Below are positions 15,944 to 25,627 of a DNA stretch of 64,000 nt, in pieces. A model generated the notes under the pieces. It did no database searches, was not told the origin of the DNA, and worked only from the letters and a program-made list of their open reading frames with translations. Source of the stretch: Myxococcota bacterium. GTDB taxonomy: Bacteria; Myxococcota_A; Polyangia; Nannocystales; Nannocystaceae. The number at the start of each line of letters is the position of its first letter. Position 1 is the stretch's first letter. The translations under genes were made by a program, and so were the position numbers. The stretch covers positions 64,861 through 128,860 of the forward strand of contig JBCCHT010000036.1 of the NCBI GenBank assembly GCA_039028615.1, given 5' to 3'.

Positions 15944-17443
15944 ATGATCATCTGTCCCAACTGCGGGAAGCACAACGAAGAGCGACACAAGTTCTGCCTG
16001 GGGTGCGGCACCCGACTGCCCGCCAGCCCAGCCAAGCCGCCGCCCGAGGCCCCGCCTCCCCCCGCCGCGGCTCCGCCTCCCCCCGCCGCAGCGCCGCCTC
16101 CCCCGGCAGCAGCGCCGCCTCCCCCCGCCGGCCCTCCGCCGCTGCCGGGCCAGGCTGCCGCTCCGCCACCTGCCGATCCCACCGAGCAATGGGCCCCGCC
16201 CCCGGCTGGCATCCAGGGTCACGGCGGGCCTCCGCCCGTGCCGGCTCCGGCTGCACCCCCGCCCCCCGTGACCGGGGGCAACGCAGGCGGCTATCCCCCC
16301 ACGCCCGGCGCTCCCGCGGGCGGTTACCCCCCCACGCCCGGCGCTCCGGCTCCTGCTGCCGCTGCCGCGGCCGGCTATCCCCCCACGGGAGGCCCGCCGC
16401 CGAGCCAAGGCGGCTATCCCCCCACGGCCCCTAGCGGTGGCGGTGGCGGTGGTCTGCCGGGCGGTCCCTGCCCCAGCTGCTCGTTCGTCAATCCTCCGGG
16501 CTTTGCGTTCTGCGGTCGCTGTGGCTTCAAGCTCGGCGCCGATGCGGCCGCGCCCGAGCCTGTCGAGGACGTCGGCTCGGCCAACACCATCTTCGTCGAG
16601 CAGGATCCCGAGGAGCTCGAGAAGCTCCGCCAGCAGGGCATCGCAGCCGGCGTGTCGGCGACACCGGAACCGGTGACGTCGCCTCCGCCCGCGCCGACCC
16701 CCGCGCCTGCACCGACCCCTGCACCCCCGCCGGCGCCGGCCAAGTCCACTGCTCCGCCCACGCCCTCGTCGCTGCCCACCGCGGCCCCGTCGATGCCGAC
16801 GTCTGGACGCGGGCCCTCGGCCAAGCTCGTGATGCTCGGCCCCGACGGCTCACCCATCGGCGAGCGAGTGCTGGCCGCGGGTGAGACGCTTCAGCTCGGT
16901 CGCGCGGCCGGGCCCCCCTGGGACGAAGACGCCTATCTCGACGAGAACCACGGCGCTCTCACCCCCGAGGAAAGCGGGATCCGAGCCGACGACAACGACT
17001 CGCTCAACGGCATCTACGTCAAGCTCGCCGGGCGGGTAGAGATCCAAAGCGGCGATCAGTTCCGCGTCGGCCAGGAGCTGCTCTACTACGAGGACCTGCC
17101 CGAGCCCACGCCCACCGACGATGGCACCGAGCGCATGGGCAGCCCCAACCCCGGCTACTGGGGTCGCGTGAGCCTGATGGTCGAGCCCGACGTCGCGTCG
17201 CAGGCCTACCCCATCCAGGGCGAAGGCATCACCATCGGTCGCGAGCAGGGGGACATCACGTTCCCCGGAGACGGCTACGTCTCGGGCTCGCACTGCCGCA
17301 TCGTGGGCGACGACACCGGCGTGTACATCGAAGACCTGGGCAGCTCCAACGGCACGTACATGCGCGTCCGCTCCGGCGCGGTGATGCCCTACGGAAGCCT
17401 GGTCCTCATCGGCCAGAAGCTGTTCCAGTTCGAGCGCGCCTAG
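15944..17443 (+). CDS. Zinc-ribbon, Pro-rich, tandem FHA-domain protein
   Basis: CPNCG...CLGCG and CPSC...CGRCG; LGRA...SLNGIY; IGRE...VSGSHC...SSNGTY. Confidence 0.88.
   Translation: MIICPNCGKHNEERHKFCLGCGTRLPASPAKPPPEAPPPPAAAPPPPAAAPPPPAAAPPPPAGPPPLPGQAAAPPPADPTEQWAPPPAGIQGHGGPPPVPAPAAPPPPVTGGNAGGYPPTPGAPAGGYPPTPGAPAPAAAAAAGYPPTGGPPPSQGGYPPTAPSGGGGGGLPGGPCPSCSFVNPPGFAFCGRCGFKLGADAAAPEPVEDVGSANTIFVEQDPEELEKLRQQGIAAGVSATPEPVTSPPPAPTPAPAPTPAPPPAPAKSTAPPTPSSLPTAAPSMPTSGRGPSAKLVMLGPDGSPIGERVLAAGETLQLGRAAGPPWDEDAYLDENHGALTPEESGIRADDNDSLNGIYVKLAGRVEIQSGDQFRVGQELLYYEDLPEPTPTDDGTERMGSPNPGYWGRVSLMVEPDVASQAYPIQGEGITIGREQGDITFPGDGYVSGSHCRIVGDDTGVYIEDLGSSNGTYMRVRSGAVMPYGSLVLIGQKLFQFERA
16040..16430 (+). 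repeat. Low-complexity coding repeats (PPPPAAA about 4 copies, GGYPPT about 4 copies)
   Basis: Repeated ccgcctccccccgccgc and ggctatccccccacg units. Confidence 0.65.
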
Positions 17444-17465
17444 ACGACGCGCTCGCGCCACGCTC

Positions 17466-17501
17466 CGACGCCGAGGCGCCCGTAGTGGAGTCTCGGCGTC
17501 G
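17466..17501. terminator. Hairpin between convergent genes (possible terminator)
   Basis: CGACGCCGAG...CTCGGCGTCG 10-bp inverted repeat; no U tract. Confidence 0.45.
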
Positions 17502-17527
17502 CTCGTTGGGCCCGCGGAGCGGGGGGC

Positions 17528-17902
17528 TCAGCCGCCGATCTCGGGGCGCAGCACGATGCCCGACTGCTCGTCGTAGACGTAGGCTTCCTTCAGCGTGCGC
17601 TCGGTGCCGTCACCGAAGCGCAGGAGCACGTCGACCGCCCCCGGGTCCTCGCTCTGCGGGCTCAGGACGGTGATGAGCCAGGGGCTCTCGATCACGATGG
17701 CCTTGGCCGAGTTGTTGCCGAAGTACACGGCGACCGGGCCACGACCGGTGAAGTCCTCCCCTTCGATCCGCACCGCTTCGCCCCCGACCTGGCCTCCCCG
17801 CGGAGGGGACAGGGTCAGCGGATGGTCGACGGTGCAGGACAGGCCGAGCCCGAGCGCAGGCACGAGCCACAGCCGGGATCTCCGTCGGGGGGAGGCGCTC
17901 AC
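17528..17902 (-). CDS. IPT/TIG-domain lipoprotein
   Basis: Lipobox-like LGLSC; LSPPRGGQVGGEAVRIEGEDF...VYFG...ITVLSP...GAVDV; GTG start with TAGGGT 7 nt upstream. Confidence 0.75.
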   Translation of the reverse strand: MSASPRRRSRLWLVPALGLGLSCTVDHPLTLSPPRGGQVGGEAVRIEGEDFTGRGPVAVYFGNNSAKAIVIESPWLITVLSPQSEDPGAVDVLLRFGDGTERTLKEAYVYDEQSGIVLRPEIGG

Positions 17903-17932
17903 GGGCCCGACCCTACCCGAGGCGCGTCGCCA

Positions 17933-17969
17933 CGAAAAGCAGCGACGCCGCCCGGTGAGGCGGCGTCGC
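17933..17969 (-). terminator. Intrinsic terminator downstream of the sigma70 gene
   Basis: 11-bp stem GCGACGCCGCC/GGCGGCGTCGC with a 6-nt loop, then TGCTTTT on the minus strand. Confidence 0.7.
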
Positions 17970-18151
17970 AAGCGGTGTCACGGTCCCCGAGCCGACGGGA
18001 GCCCACCGAACCGACCCTCCCGCTTTGACGCTTCGCCGGGATGGCGGGGAGGCGGCGATCCGAGGACCACCGGCCTCCGTGGGCCCGAGCCGCCGGCGCG
18101 GGGACGCTCCCACCGGGGCCGTCTTTCGACCCCGGGGCGCGTGGGTAGCGT

Positions 18152-19480
18152 TTAGAGCATGTCCAGCCGCCGAAGCTCGCGGCGGATCTTACCCAGCGCC
18201 TGCTCTTGGAGCTGGCGAATGCGCTCCCGCGAAAGGGAGTACTGCTCGCCGATCTCTTTGAGCGTGAGTTCTTGGTCGACCTCGAGGCCGAAGCGCTTGC
18301 GTAGGATGTCGGCCTCGATCGGGCGCAGCCCGGTGATGACCTGACGGACCTGCTCGTTCATCGCGAGCGCCTCGAGGCTGTCGCCGGGCTGCTCGGTCTC
18401 CTCGTCCTCGAGGAAGTCGATGACCTTGCGACCGTCGGCCTCAGAGACGGGACGATCGAGGCTCACCGGTTGATCGATGGGCAGGGTCTGCATCTTCTCG
18501 ATCTTGGTGGTGGCCAGGCCGGTGTGCGACGCCAGCTCCTCGGGAGTGGGATCGCGACCGTGGATCATCTCGAGCTCGCGACGAGCCTTCGACAGCTTGT
18601 GGTGCGCGTCGATCATGTGGACGGGCAAGCGAACCGCACGACCCTTGTCGGCGATGGCCCGGCTGATCGCGTGACGAATCCACCAGCTGCCGTAGGTGGA
18701 GAAGCGGAAGCCCTTACGGTGGTCGAAGCGATCGACCGCCTTCATCAGCCCGATGTTGCCCTCTTGGATGAGGTCTTGGAGGGGCATGCGGCCGTGGTTG
18801 AAGCGACGAGCGATGGACACGACCAAGCGCAGGTTCGACTTCACGAAGCGGTGCTTGGCGGTGCGCAGGCCGAACTGCGCCCGGCGAGCGAGCTCGACGT
18901 ACTCTTTGTAGGGCGCGCTGCCGCGACGCGGCGGCCGGACGGCGAGGCCGATACCCTCGCGCTGCCCGGCGTCGAGCGCCTGCAGGTCGGCGAGCAGGCG
19001 ATCGGACACCAACCCGTCGGTGTCCAGGTGCGCCATGGTCTGCGCCAACGCGAGACGGCTGCTGTCGAAGGCGTCCTTGTTGACTCGAGTCTCGCGGTCA
19101 CGAAGCGCGCGAGCGTTCTTGCGGATGGGACGAAGCTCGGCGGTAGGGACGTCTTCGGGGTCGAGAGACTCCTCGATCAGGGCGACGATGCCGTCGATGA
19201 AGGGCGGATACGCCAGCAGGCGGTGCCAATACTCCGCACGCAGATCGGCGATGCGGGTGGCCGCGGCGAGCTCTTGCTCGGGGCTCATGACATCGAGGCC
19301 GGACATCTCCTTGAAGTAGGCGCCGAGCGTGTTGTCGGCGTCGTCCTCGGCCGAAGGCGTGCGCGACTTCTTGGTGGCCTGGCTGGCCTTCCCGTCGCGG
19401 TTCGTGCGCGAGGACGACCATCGGCTCCGGGATCGAGCGATTCGGGGTGGAGCTCCGCGAGTAACCTTGCGCCGTGCCAT
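18152..19480 (-). CDS. RNA polymerase sigma factor, RpoD/RpoS-like group 2 (no region 1.1)
   Basis: Region 1.2 LGAYFKEM, region 2 NLRLVVSIA...[18 protein letters not shown]...[10 protein letters not shown], region 4 TLKEIG...SRERIRQ. Start uncertain (19480 or 19546). Confidence 0.92.
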   Translation of the reverse strand: MARRKVTRGAPPRIARSRSRWSSSRTNRDGKASQATKKSRTPSAEDDADNTLGAYFKEMSGLDVMSPEQELAAATRIADLRAEYWHRLLAYPPFIDGIVALIEESLDPEDVPTAELRPIRKNARALRDRETRVNKDAFDSSRLALAQTMAHLDTDGLVSDRLLADLQALDAGQREGIGLAVRPPRRGSAPYKEYVELARRAQFGLRTAKHRFVKSNLRLVVSIARRFNHGRMPLQDLIQEGNIGLMKAVDRFDHRKGFRFSTYGSWWIRHAISRAIADKGRAVRLPVHMIDAHHKLSKARRELEMIHGRDPTPEELASHTGLATTKIEKMQTLPIDQPVSLDRPVSEADGRKVIDFLEDEETEQPGDSLEALAMNEQVRQVITGLRPIEADILRKRFGLEVDQELTLKEIGEQYSLSRERIRQLQEQALGKIRRELRRLDML

Positions 19481-19630
19481 GATTTGCCTTCGTGAAGTTC
19501 GAGCTTCGGGTGACAGTCGCGTTCGTCCCTGCTCGTCTAGGACCACGCACGAGGGCGGGATTGTTTCCGCCGAAGTGTGTACGCCACAGCCGGGTAGACG
19601 GTGACGCTTGGTGAACGCGCCCGATATCTA

Positions 19631-19647
19631 TGCAAGTTGAGAACCGG
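19631..19647 (-). promoter_or_regulatory. Possible sigma54 (-24/-12) promoter of the sigma70 gene
   Basis: Minus strand CCGGTTCTCAACTTGCA: GG-N10-GC spacing with TTGCA, but a weak -24 element. Confidence 0.4.
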
Positions 19648-19977
19648 AATGGTGCGGTCGAGACCAAAGATCCAAGCAAATGAACAGGTTGGCCTCTCCA
19701 ACCGTTCATGGTCGGGGGTGTACGCATACTTCATTGGCAACGATGAAGCCGTCCCTCGGCGTTTCGCGTCGCAAGTTGGCACGCGAGGGTGACAACTGTC
19801 GTAGCCACCTGGCCCATGGTTCGCCGGAGATTCCCCGGCATCGCCGTCATACCCACGACATCTACGTCACAGCGACAGCGATCGGATCGCAGAGATCGAA
19901 CGACCGGAATCGACCCGTAGGGGCAAACATCCTCGGGCCAACGCCGTCAAGAACAAATGTGGGATACGCCCGGAGAT

Positions 19978-21729
19978 CTACCCATCGACGCGCTGGGCGA
20001 GCAGCCAGATCTCGGACGAGGTGCCACCGTAGAAGTGGCCTCGCGCGTGCCGGCTGCCGGAGTACTCCAGCACTTTGAGCCCCACCTGGGCGCACATGTG
20101 GACCAGCTCGGTGAGTCCGTACACCCGCAGGCCCATGTTGTGCTCGAACTGACTGCCAGTCTCGAACACCACGGTGCGGTGCACGTGCACCGTGCTGGTG
20201 GGCGCGTAGATCTGGGCTTCGTCGAGCACGAGGCAGCCCTGCCCCTGCCACCACGAACGGGCGGGCAAGCGACCCACGATGTAGTCGCGGTTGAGCACCT
20301 GGATCATCAGCCGGCCGCCGGGGGCCAAGCGGTCGCGCATTTGCTGGATGGCGAGCCGGTCGTCTTCGTCGCCGAACAAGCCGATGGTGCCGCCGAGGCA
20401 GACGACCCCGGAAAACGACCCCTCGACCGAGGGCTGCCGCATGTCGCCGGAGATCAGGTTGACGGCCGCCCCCGCGGCCTGAGCCGCATGGCTGGCCCGC
20501 ATCAGCTGGGCCGGCGAGGGATCGAGACCGGTCACGGCCATGCCGCGGGCGGCGAAGGCCACCGCATGCGCGCCATCACCGCAACCCACGTCGAGGATGG
20601 GTGAGCCGGCCGGGAGCCCCATGCACTGCAGCACGAAGTCGGCGTCGATGGCCGCCGAGGCAGCCCGATTGACGGGCAGCAGCGCCGCGTAGTGCTCCCC
20701 GAAGGCATCGATCTGCCAGCTGGGATCGACCGGAGGCGCGGGCGCGATGGTCGAGATGGCCGCGTGCAGGCTGGCGCTGGAGACCGGAGGCGGCGGGCGA
20801 CCGACGTCGAGACCACCCGAGGCGGGAGGGGCCGGCGGCGGGCTGGCGTCCTCGATCTCCTCGATGACTTCATCGCCCTCTTCGACGAGGTCGTCCGCGT
20901 CGAGCTCGTGGGGCTCTTCGTCGGGGTCGTCGTCTTCGTGGTCGTACGCGACGTCGAGGACCCCGCTGGCCGCGGGCGCGATGACGACCTTGGAGGCCGG
21001 CGGCGGCACGGGATCGGGCGCGCCCTCGTCGACCAGGCTGGCTCGATCGGGGATCTCGCCCCGCACCAGCGTCTCGGCCGCGTCGTCGGGCTCGGACTCG
21101 ATCATGCCGGCCGCGACGGGTACCGGCTCTTCTTCGAAGCCGGCCGGGGCCGTGGGCGGCGGACCGATGACCGTCTCGCCGGAGATGGCGGGGGGCAGCT
21201 CGTCGGGCGGAAGCTCGTCGCTGGCCGGGGTCGGCGTAGGGCTGACCAGCGTACGCGTCAGCGTGGGGATGAACAGGCCGTCGTCGCCCTCGTCGTCCCC
21301 GTCCTCGCCATCGGACGCCTCGGCGGGCTCGGGCTCGGCCTCGGCGGCGGGCGGCGGCGGAGCCTCGCTGGTGACGGGGTGGGCACCGATGGGCGGGACC
21401 TCGAGCGAGACCTCGAGCTGACCTTCGGGCGCGGCGAGCCCGATCTCGAGGGCCTCGGGCGCGAGGGTCTTGGGCGGCTCTTCGGGCAGATCGACCGTGC
21501 TCCGCACCAAGGTGGTGCGGCTTTCGAAGCTCTGCCCCTCGTCGTCACTGGGCGCCGGTTGACTGACCGTCTGCTCATCGCCGCCGGGGAAGGGATGGGA
21601 CGTCAGCGAGTCGGCGATGCGTGCATCGAGATCGTCGATGGGAGCATTGGCCGCCCCGGACGCGAGGTCGCCGTCCTCGGAGATCCACGCCTTCCACTGC
21701 TCGGACGCGGTCTTCCAGGCACCACTCAC
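19978..21729 (-). CDS. Class I SAM-dependent methyltransferase with a long acidic/Pro-rich N-terminus
   Basis: ILDVGCGDGAH, VTGLD, GDMR, LAPGGRL; GTGA overlap with the psd stop supports the start at 21729. Confidence 0.85.
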   Translation of the reverse strand: MSGAWKTASEQWKAWISEDGDLASGAANAPIDDLDARIADSLTSHPFPGGDEQTVSQPAPSDDEGQSFESRTTLVRSTVDLPEEPPKTLAPEALEIGLAAPEGQLEVSLEVPPIGAHPVTSEAPPPPAAEAEPEPAEASDGEDGDDEGDDGLFIPTLTRTLVSPTPTPASDELPPDELPPAISGETVIGPPPTAPAGFEEEPVPVAAGMIESEPDDAAETLVRGEIPDRASLVDEGAPDPVPPPASKVVIAPAASGVLDVAYDHEDDDPDEEPHELDADDLVEEGDEVIEEIEDASPPPAPPASGGLDVGRPPPPVSSASLHAAISTIAPAPPVDPSWQIDAFGEHYAALLPVNRAASAAIDADFVLQCMGLPAGSPILDVGCGDGAHAVAFAARGMAVTGLDPSPAQLMRASHAAQAAGAAVNLISGDMRQPSVEGSFSGVVCLGGTIGLFGDEDDRLAIQQMRDRLAPGGRLMIQVLNRDYIVGRLPARSWWQGQGCLVLDEAQIYAPTSTVHVHRTVVFETGSQFEHNMGLRVYGLTELVHMCAQVGLKVLEYSGSRHARGHFYGGTSSEIWLLAQRVDG

Positions 21730-22616
21730 GAGGCATCCCCTTTCGATGCCGTCTCCTCGAGCAGGGTCCGCCCCAAGAGCATGGGCACGGGCAGGTGCGG
21801 CTCGGTGCAGCGCAGGCCGGGGCCCACGAGCATGATCACGGTGCTCCCCAAGTGGAAGATGCCGAGCTCGTCGCCCTTGGACAGGCGCGCGGGCGGCTGG
21901 CAATCGCGGACCTGGAGCTCGCGCGGATGCGGATCGAAGCGCTGGTAGCTGCAGGTCATGTGACCCACGCCGAACGCGGCGACCATCACCACCGCCATCG
22001 TGCCGTGGCCGGTCTCCAGCACGTGGACGAGCCGCTCGTTGAGCGCGAAGAGCCGGGGCTCGCGACGGGCCGACGCCTCGGTCACGGGCAGCAAGCGCCC
22101 CGGCACGTGCACCACGCGATGGGCGAGCGCGTCGCAGGGCGCATGCACGCGGTGATAGTCGCGCGGGTGCAGGTAGATGGTGAGCGCGGTCCCGCCCACG
22201 AACTCGCGCGCGAGCGCCTCGTCGGCCAGCAGCTCACCCAAGGAAAACGCATGACCCTTCGCGACGACCTCGGAGCCGTCTTCGATGGGCGCGACCTGGC
22301 GCAGCTCACCGTCGCAGGGCGACACGACCGTGCTCGAGCGCGGGTCGATGGAGCGCGCGCCTTGGCGCAGCCGACGGGTGAAGAACTCGTCGAAGCTGGT
22401 GAAGCCGTCTTCGAGCGAGAGCGGATCCACGTCGCGTAGGTTGACGTCGAAGTAGCGCGCGTACGCCTGCACTGCAGCTCGTCCGACCGGCTCGGGCAGC
22501 CGCAGTCGAGCGGCCGCTCCCAAAAACCGGCTTGCCACGGACGCCGACCAGTCGGGCGTGGCATGGACGAGAGCCGCAGCGACACGAGCGCGCAGGGGAA
22601 TTCCGCGGTCCCTCAT
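21726..22616 (-). CDS. psd: Phosphatidylserine decarboxylase proenzyme
   Basis: FDEFFTRRL, SPCDG, YLHPRDYHRVHAP, NER, FHLGST self-cleavage motif. Confidence 0.93.
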   Translation of the reverse strand: MRDRGIPLRARVAAALVHATPDWSASVASRFLGAAARLRLPEPVGRAAVQAYARYFDVNLRDVDPLSLEDGFTSFDEFFTRRLRQGARSIDPRSSTVVSPCDGELRQVAPIEDGSEVVAKGHAFSLGELLADEALAREFVGGTALTIYLHPRDYHRVHAPCDALAHRVVHVPGRLLPVTEASARREPRLFALNERLVHVLETGHGTMAVVMVAAFGVGHMTCSYQRFDPHPRELQVRDCQPPARLSKGDELGIFHLGSTVIMLVGPGLRCTEPHLPVPMLLGRTLLEETASKGDAS

Positions 22617-22730
22617 CGGTTGCGGATAGACTAAACGAGCGCCCGCCCCGCACGCAAGCGCACGGAGCGGGTCCAAGTCGTCATGCGGCCCACGGACACG
22701 GCGAAAGCCGGCCCGTGCACGGGTGCTGCA

Positions 22731-24164
22731 CTACACGTCGAAGTACAGGGCGAACTCGTGGGGGTGAGGCCGCATGCGAACTTCCCCTACCTCCTGGGTG
22801 CGCTTCCAGTCGATCCAGGCGCCGATGAGGTCCGAGGAGAACACGTCCCCCTTGAGCAGGAAGTCGTGGTCCTTGCCCAGGGCGTCGAGCGCCCCTTCCA
22901 GGCTGCCGGGCACGGAGGGCACGTTGGCCAGCTCCTCGGGGGAGAGGCTGTAGATGTCCTTGTCCAGGGGCTCGCCCGGGTCGAGCTTGCGCTCGATGCC
23001 GTCGAGACCGGCCATCATCAGCGCCGAGAACGCCAGGTAGGGGTTCGCCGTGGGATCCGGGGTGCGGAACTCGATGCGCGCCGCCTTGGGCTGGCGAGCC
23101 GCGGCCGGGATGCGGATGGAGGCGGAGCGGTTGCTGGCGCTGTAGGCCAGGTTCACCGGGGCCTCGAAGCCCGGCACCAGGCGCTTGTAGCTGTTGGTGC
23201 TGGGGTTGGTGAAGGCACACAGCGCGGGCGCGTGCTCGAGGATGCCAGCGATGAAGTGCATCGCCATCTCGCTCATGCCCGCGTAGGCGTCCCCGGCGAA
23301 CAGCGGGTTGCCGTCCTTCCACAGGCTGAGGTGGGTGTGCATGCCGTTGCCGTTGTCGGCGTACAGCGGCTTGGGCATGAACGTCACGGTGCGGCCGGCC
23401 CGGCGCGCGACGTTCTTGATGACGTACTTGAACCAGCACATCTTGTCGGCTTGGTCGACCAGTGCGTCGAAGCGGATGTCGATCTCGGCCTGGCCGCCCG
23501 TGGCCACCTCGTGGTGCTGACGCTCGACGGTGATGCCCACGTCCTCGAGGGCGAGCACCATCTCGGTGCGCAGGTCGTGCAGCGCGTCGGTGGGCGGCAC
23601 GGGCACGTAGCCCGCCTTGGGGCCGACCTTGTAGCCGAGGTTGGGGAACTCCTCGCGGCCGGTATTCCAGTGGCCCTCGACCGAGTCGACCGAGTAGTGC
23701 GCGGCGTTGACCGAGCCGCCGAAGCGGACGTCGTCGAAGATGAAGAACTCGGCCTCGGGACCCACGTAGGCGGTGTCGGCCAGGCCGGTGGAGCGCAGGT
23801 AGGCCTCGGCGCGCTTGGCCAGCGCCCGGGGGTCACGCTCGTAGTCTTGGCCGGTGATGGGGTCCCGAATGTCGCCCAGGAGCACCAGGGTCGGCACCTC
23901 CATGAACGGGTCGATGCGAGAGGTGCTCGCCTCGGGCATCACCAACATGTCCGAGTTGTTGATCGCCTTCCAGCCGCGGATCGAAGAGCCGTCGAACGCA
24001 AAGCCCTCCTCGAAGGCGGCTTCGTCGAGCTGGTGCGAGGGCACCGTGAAGTGTTGCCAAGCGCCCAGCATGTCCTGGAAGCGGATGTCGACCATCCGCA
24101 CGTCTTGATCGCGCAGCAGCTCGAGGACTTCTTGGGTGGTTTGCGGAAAGTTGTCGTTGCTCAC
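22731..24164 (-). CDS. glnA: Glutamine synthetase type I
   Basis: [46 protein letters not shown], adenylylation-site DIYSL. Confidence 0.98.
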   Translation of the reverse strand: MSNDNFPQTTQEVLELLRDQDVRMVDIRFQDMLGAWQHFTVPSHQLDEAAFEEGFAFDGSSIRGWKAINNSDMLVMPEASTSRIDPFMEVPTLVLLGDIRDPITGQDYERDPRALAKRAEAYLRSTGLADTAYVGPEAEFFIFDDVRFGGSVNAAHYSVDSVEGHWNTGREEFPNLGYKVGPKAGYVPVPPTDALHDLRTEMVLALEDVGITVERQHHEVATGGQAEIDIRFDALVDQADKMCWFKYVIKNVARRAGRTVTFMPKPLYADNGNGMHTHLSLWKDGNPLFAGDAYAGMSEMAMHFIAGILEHAPALCAFTNPSTNSYKRLVPGFEAPVNLAYSASNRSASIRIPAAARQPKAARIEFRTPDPTANPYLAFSALMMAGLDGIERKLDPGEPLDKDIYSLSPEELANVPSVPGSLEGALDALGKDHDFLLKGDVFSSDLIGAWIDWKRTQEVGEVRMRPHPHEFALYFDV

Positions 24165-24220
24165 GGGTTCTCGCCTTTCGGACGTCGTGTGCGAATTGAG
24201 TGGCGTCGTTCCCCTGCGGG

Positions 24221-24559
24221 TCAGAGCGCCGTTTCGCCGCGCTCACCGGTACGCACGCGGACCGCCTCGAGCACGGGGAGGACGAAGATCTTGCCGTCGC
24301 CGATCCGGTCGGAGGCCGCGACCTCGCGGATGGCTTGCAGTACTTCCTCGACCAAGCGGGCGGGCACGACCACCTCGAGCTTGATCTTGGGGACGAAGTC
24401 GATCACGTAGGCCGAGCCGCGATGGACCTCGCGCTTGCCCCCGGTCCGGCCGAAGCCGCGGACCTCGGACACGGTCATGCCCCCTACCCCGATCTCGGTG
24501 AGTCGGTCCTTGACGTCGTCGAGCGCAAAGGGACGGATGATCGCCTCGATCTTCAGCAT
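24221..24559 (-). CDS. glnB: P-II nitrogen regulatory protein
   Basis: [11 protein letters not shown]...GFGR...[14 protein letters not shown]...IGDGKIFV...RVRTGERG; alternative start 24580. Confidence 0.93.
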   Translation of the reverse strand: MLKIEAIIRPFALDDVKDRLTEIGVGGMTVSEVRGFGRTGGKREVHRGSAYVIDFVPKIKLEVVVPARLVEEVLQAIREVAASDRIGDGKIFVLPVLEAVRVRTGERGETAL

Positions 24560-24622
24560 CTCGGTGGGGCCGTCCGTCATGGTCTCGATCTCGCGGGGTC
24601 GGGGAAAAGCGACCGGGGTCGC

Positions 24623-25627
24623 TCAGGTGCCGGGGATGGTGGGCGACCAGGCCGGCTCGGCGGGGATGGGCTCGATGCAGCCGATGATGTCGGAGACCCG
24701 GGCGATGCCCAGCTCCGCCATCAAGCGGCGAAGCTCCTCACGGATGGTCAGCGCGGCGATGGGCTTGGCGAAGTTCGAGGTGCCCACCTGCAGGCAGCTG
24801 GCCCCGGCCATGAGGAACTCGAGCGCGTCCTCGCCCGAGGCGATGCCGCCCATGCCACAGATCGGCAGGTCGGGCGCGGCTCGGTGCACCTGATGGATCA
24901 TCCGCAGCGCGATGGGCTTGATGGCCGCCCCGGACAGCCCGCCGTAGGTCGTGGCCAGCCGCGGCCTTCGGGTGCGAACGTCGACCGCCATCCCCGTGAT
25001 GGTGTTGATGAGCGAGACGCCCTTGGCCCCTGCGTCGGCCACCGCCTGGGCCATGGCCGGCACGTCCCCCGCATTGGGCGACAGCTTGACCACGATGGGG
25101 ATGTCGGAGGCCTCGACGCAGCGGCGGGTCAGATCGTTCGCCACCTCGGGCACGGTGCCGAACTCGATCCCGCCCTTTTTGATGTTGGGGCAGGAGATGT
25201 TCATCTCCAGCACGCCGATGCCCTTGCCCTTGCCGGCGTTGAGCATCTCGACACAGCGGACGTAGTCGTCCTTGTCCTCGCCGAAGAAGTTCACCCAGAC
25301 GCTGATGCCCAGATCGGCCAAGAACGGCAGTTTCTCGGCCAGGAAGGCCTCGGCGCCGACGTTCTCGAGACCGATGGAGTTGAGCATGCCCGCCGCCGTC
25401 TCGCAGATGCGCGGCAGCGGGTTGCCGAAGCGGGGCTTGGGCGAGATGCCCTTGGTCGACAGCCCCGCCAGCTCGCGCAGGTCCATGAAGGGCGCGAACT
25501 TCTGGCCGTACGCGAAGCAGCCCGACGCGGTCATCATGGGGTGCGGCAGCGCCAGGTCGCCCATCGAGCAGCTCAGGTCGACCTGCTCGGGGGTGAGAGA
25601 GGACGTAGGTCGCGGAGCGGCGGTCAT
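24623..25627 (-). CDS. pyrD: Dihydroorotate dehydrogenase family 1B, catalytic subunit
   Basis: ASGCF, GMLNSIGLEN, EMNISCPN, VKLSPN, GGLSGAAIKPIA; ATGA overlap with pyrK. Confidence 0.95.
   Translation of the reverse strand: MTAAPRPTSSLTPEQVDLSCSMGDLALPHPMMTASGCFAYGQKFAPFMDLRELAGLSTKGISPKPRFGNPLPRICETAAGMLNSIGLENVGAEAFLAEKLPFLADLGISVWVNFFGEDKDDYVRCVEMLNAGKGKGIGVLEMNISCPNIKKGGIEFGTVPEVANDLTRRCVEASDIPIVVKLSPNAGDVPAMAQAVADAGAKGVSLINTITGMAVDVRTRRPRLATTYGGLSGAAIKPIALRMIHQVHRAAPDLPICGMGGIASGEDALEFLMAGASCLQVGTSNFAKPIAALTIREELRRLMAELGIARVSDIIGCIEPIPAEPAWSPTIPGT

Noticed and set aside
10818..16430. Short tandem repeats as a possible CRISPR array
   Set aside because: They are in-frame low-complexity coding repeats with no unique spacers, and there are no cas genes.
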